Shown: positions 29,972 through 31,694 of the stretch, one piece after another
Numbering within the stretch: position 1 is the stretch's first letter
Layout: each line of letters starts with the position of its first letter
DNA from: Actinomycetota bacterium
GTDB taxonomy: Bacteria; Actinomycetota; Actinomycetes; Nanopelagicales; Nanopelagicaceae
Length of the DNA: 31,694 nt
Direction of reading: 5' to 3'
Assembly (NCBI GenBank): GCA_046093985.1
Contig: JBJTGO010000260.1
Coordinates: 1-31,694 of the forward strand
Notes under the pieces: model-generated
Databases searched by the model: none
Told to the model about the DNA's origin: nothing
Seen by the model: the letters and a program-made list of their open reading frames with translations, nothing else
Translations under genes and position numbers: made by a program

Positions 29972-30039
29972 CAGGCTTCCTTTCTTATCCAGCGCTTGCG
30001 TAAGTGGTTACTTTGCTTCGAACCTGTGGCGTAAATGAG

Positions 30040-30070
30040 AAAAACCCCGACGCATAGATGCGTACGGGGT
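30040..30070 (-). terminator. Intrinsic terminator inside the rplJ leader (putative attenuator)
   Basis: Minus strand ACCCCG(U)ACGCA-UCUA-UGCGUCGGGGU followed by UUUU, about 70 nt upstream of the rplJ start. Confidence 0.7.
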
Positions 30071-30078
30071 AACCGTTG

Positions 30079-30153
30079 CAACCTATGCGGGCTGTCTTTC
30101 GACATTTACTTCGGCTCTCGATTTCTCAAGAAGTCCGAGACCAGCAGTCTCTG
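30079..30153 (-). promoter_or_regulatory. L10 leader (r-protein autoregulatory RNA)
   Basis: Minus strand CAGAGACUGCUGGU...GCCGAAG...UGUC-GAAA-GACA-GCCCGCAUAGGUUG resembles the recalled L10-leader pattern (AAGACNGCNGG...CCNGCGNAGG); position upstream of rplJ fits. Confidence 0.72.
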
Positions 30154-30156
30154 GCA

Positions 30157-30189
30157 AGGAGGCAGATACTAGGTGAGTATCTGCCTCCT
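30157..30189. repeat. Perfect 14-bp inverted repeat overlapping the predicted rplJ promoter
   Basis: aggaggcagatact-aggtg-agtatctgcctcct. Confidence 0.95.
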
Positions 30190-30195
30190 GGTCAA
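30166..30195 (-). promoter_or_regulatory. Housekeeping sigma promoter of rplJL
   Basis: Minus strand TTGACC (30195-30190), 18-nt spacer, TAGTAT (30171-30166); the predicted start site lies just before the L10 leader. Confidence 0.65.
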
Positions 30196-30220
30196 AATCA
30201 TTCAGAACAAGCAGAAAGCG

Positions 30221-30931
30221 CTACTGAATCGGAGCAGCACCCTCACGAGCGAAGTTCGGATCAAGTGGCACGCCAGGTCCCATGGTCGTAGAGACCACGG
30301 CCTTGCGGATGAAGCGGCCCTTCGATGAGGCTGGCCTTGATCGCATGATTTCGTCGATCGCTGCAGCGTAGTTATCTGCGAGCGCTTCAGCGCTAAACGA
30401 TGCCTTGCCAATCAGGAAGTGAAGATTGGAATTCTTATCAACGCGGAACTCGATCTTTCCACCCTTGATATCGGTGACAGCCTTTGCAACATCAGTGGTG
30501 ACAGTTCCAGTCTTTGGATTAGGCATGAGACCACGTGGTCCGAGCACCTTACCCAAGCGACCGACCTTGCCCATCAATTCTGGTGTGGAGACGACAGCGT
30601 CGTAATCGAGACGACCCTTGGAGACCTCATCGATCAACTCATCGCCACCGACGATATCCGCACCTGCGGCACGCGCTTCATCTGCGCGCTCTGCCGTTGC
30701 GAAGACGAGAACGCGAGCGCTCTTGCCAGTTCCATGTGGCAGGTTGACGGTGCTGCGAACAGCTTGGTCTGCCTTCTTTGGATCGACACCAAGGACGAGC
30801 GCGACCTCGACAGATGGATCGAACTTCACAGTGACGGTCTCTTTGACGACCTTCATCGCGGTCAATGGCTGATACAACTGATCAGCGTTGACCTTTGCTG
30901 CTGCTGCCGTGTACTTCTTACTGCGCTTCAT
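30221..30931 (-). CDS. rplA: 50S ribosomal protein L1
   Basis: [43 protein letters not shown]. Confidence 0.98.
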   Translation of the reverse strand: MKRSKKYTAAAAKVNADQLYQPLTAMKVVKETVTVKFDPSVEVALVLGVDPKKADQAVRSTVNLPHGTGKSARVLVFATAERADEARAAGADIVGGDELIDEVSKGRLDYDAVVSTPELMGKVGRLGKVLGPRGLMPNPKTGTVTTDVAKAVTDIKGGKIEFRVDKNSNLHFLIGKASFSAEALADNYAAAIDEIMRSRPASSKGRFIRKAVVSTTMGPGVPLDPNFAREGAAPIQ

Positions 30932-30981
30932 TTCTTCTCCATTCTTGTTCGCAATCTCTTAGATCACGAATCGATTGAGTT

Positions 30982-31011
30982 GTGGTCAGCGGAGATGCGC
31001 TCTCCTCCCAC
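30982..31011 (-). promoter_or_regulatory. Putative L1-binding autoregulatory site between rplK and rplA
   Basis: Minus strand GUGG-GA-GGAGA-GCGCA-UCUCC-GCUGA-CCAC: two short helices flanking an asymmetric purine-rich internal loop, as in known L1 mRNA targets. Confidence 0.62.
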
Positions 31012-31064
31012 TTTCCTATTGAGTTGTTCTTTGGTGCTTGTTAGTGACTTTCTTGCCAGTCGAT

Positions 31065-31496
31065 CTACCAGTTGACCACGATGCCCATCGAGCGTGCGGT
31101 ACCGGCGATGATCTTGCTCGCTGCGTCGAGATCGTTCGCATTGAGGTCGGCCATCTTTGTCTTCGCGATCTCCTCGACCTGCGCCTTGGTGATCGTCGCA
31201 ACCTTGTTCTTATGTGGGACTGCAGAGCCCTTCTCGATTCCGGCAGCCTTCAAGATGAGACGTGATGCTGGAGGAGTCTTTGTGATGAAGGTGAAAGAGC
31301 GATCTTCGAAGACCGTGATCTCGACGGGGATGATCTGGCCCTTCTGGCTCTCAGTCGCGGCGTTATATGCCTTGACGAAGTCCATGATGTTGACGCCATG
31401 CTGACCGAGCGCAGGACCTACCGGTGGCGCAGGGGTCGCAGCACCAGCCTGAATCTGCAGCTTGATGAGCGCCTGGATCTTCTTCTTCGGTGCCAT
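31065..31496 (-). CDS. rplK: 50S ribosomal protein L11
   Basis: [48 protein letters not shown]. Confidence 0.98.
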   Translation of the reverse strand: MAPKKKIQALIKLQIQAGAATPAPPVGPALGQHGVNIMDFVKAYNAATESQKGQIIPVEITVFEDRSFTFITKTPPASRLILKAAGIEKGSAVPHKNKVATITKAQVEEIAKTKMADLNANDLDAASKIIAGTARSMGIVVNW

Positions 31497-31530
31497 TTTC
31501 TTTCCCCTTTTTCCTCTTCTTTACTCTTAC

Positions 31531-31694
31531 TTAGATCTTCTGAACCTGATTGAACGAAAGCTCGACCGGGGTCTCGCGACCGAAGATCGATACCAACACC
31601 TTGAGTTTCGCCTGCTCCGGCATGATCTCGCTGATCGTCGCAGGAAGCGTTGCGAATGGACCATCCATAACAGTGACCGATTCGCCGATGCTGA
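31531..31694 (-). CDS. nusG: Transcription termination/antitermination factor NusG, C-terminal KOW domain (5'-truncated; absent from ORF track)
   Basis: Manual translation of the minus strand: [56 protein letters not shown]. Confidence 0.96.
   Translation of the reverse strand, partial: SIGESVTVMDGPFATLPATISEIMPEQAKLKVLVSIFGRETPVELSFNQVQKI

Noticed and set aside
30156-30328. Plus-strand AAGGAGG, 10-nt spacer and GTG opening a 51-codon ORF antisense to the rplA 3' end
   Set aside because: The SD is simply one arm of the 14-bp inverted repeat and would be sequestered. No plus-strand promoter was seen and the peptide has no features.
1-31694. tRNA/rRNA genes, CRISPR arrays, transposases or integrases
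   Set aside because: All intergenic spaces are short and accounted for; no cloverleaf, spaced-repeat array or recombinase motif was seen.

Overview
This window is the core transcription/translation supercluster of an actinobacterium (inferred from Actinomycetota-type RpoB, RpoC and r-protein sequences). The minus strand carries nusG (3' part)-rplK-rplA, rplJ-rplL, rpoB-rpoC and a contiguous 28-gene str-S10-spc-secY-adk-map block. That block ends head-on against a 5'-truncated gabD-like aldehyde dehydrogenase instead of continuing into infA/rpmJ/the alpha operon. Two plus-strand accessory cassettes are wedged between core operons: an AbrB-type antitoxin/PIN toxin (vapBC-like)/hemolysin-III-family trio between rpoC and rpsL, and an XRE regulator/membrane protein/DUF418-like trio between rplL and rpoB. 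Each cassette appears to start from a leaderless promoter back-to-back with a core promoter and ends at the hairpin terminator of the converging core operon. No tRNA, rRNA, CRISPR array or transposase was seen. The most interesting signals are small-scale: a near-exact 16S h21 (S8-binding) mimic directly upstream of rpsH, an L10 that seems to have lost one L7/L12-binding segment and gained an acidic tail, an rplJ promoter embedded in a perfect 14-bp inverted repeat followed by an L10 leader and an attenuator-like terminator, and paired substitutions in normally near-invariant RpoB motifs. Family calls and comparisons with other species come from recalled motifs; no database search was run.
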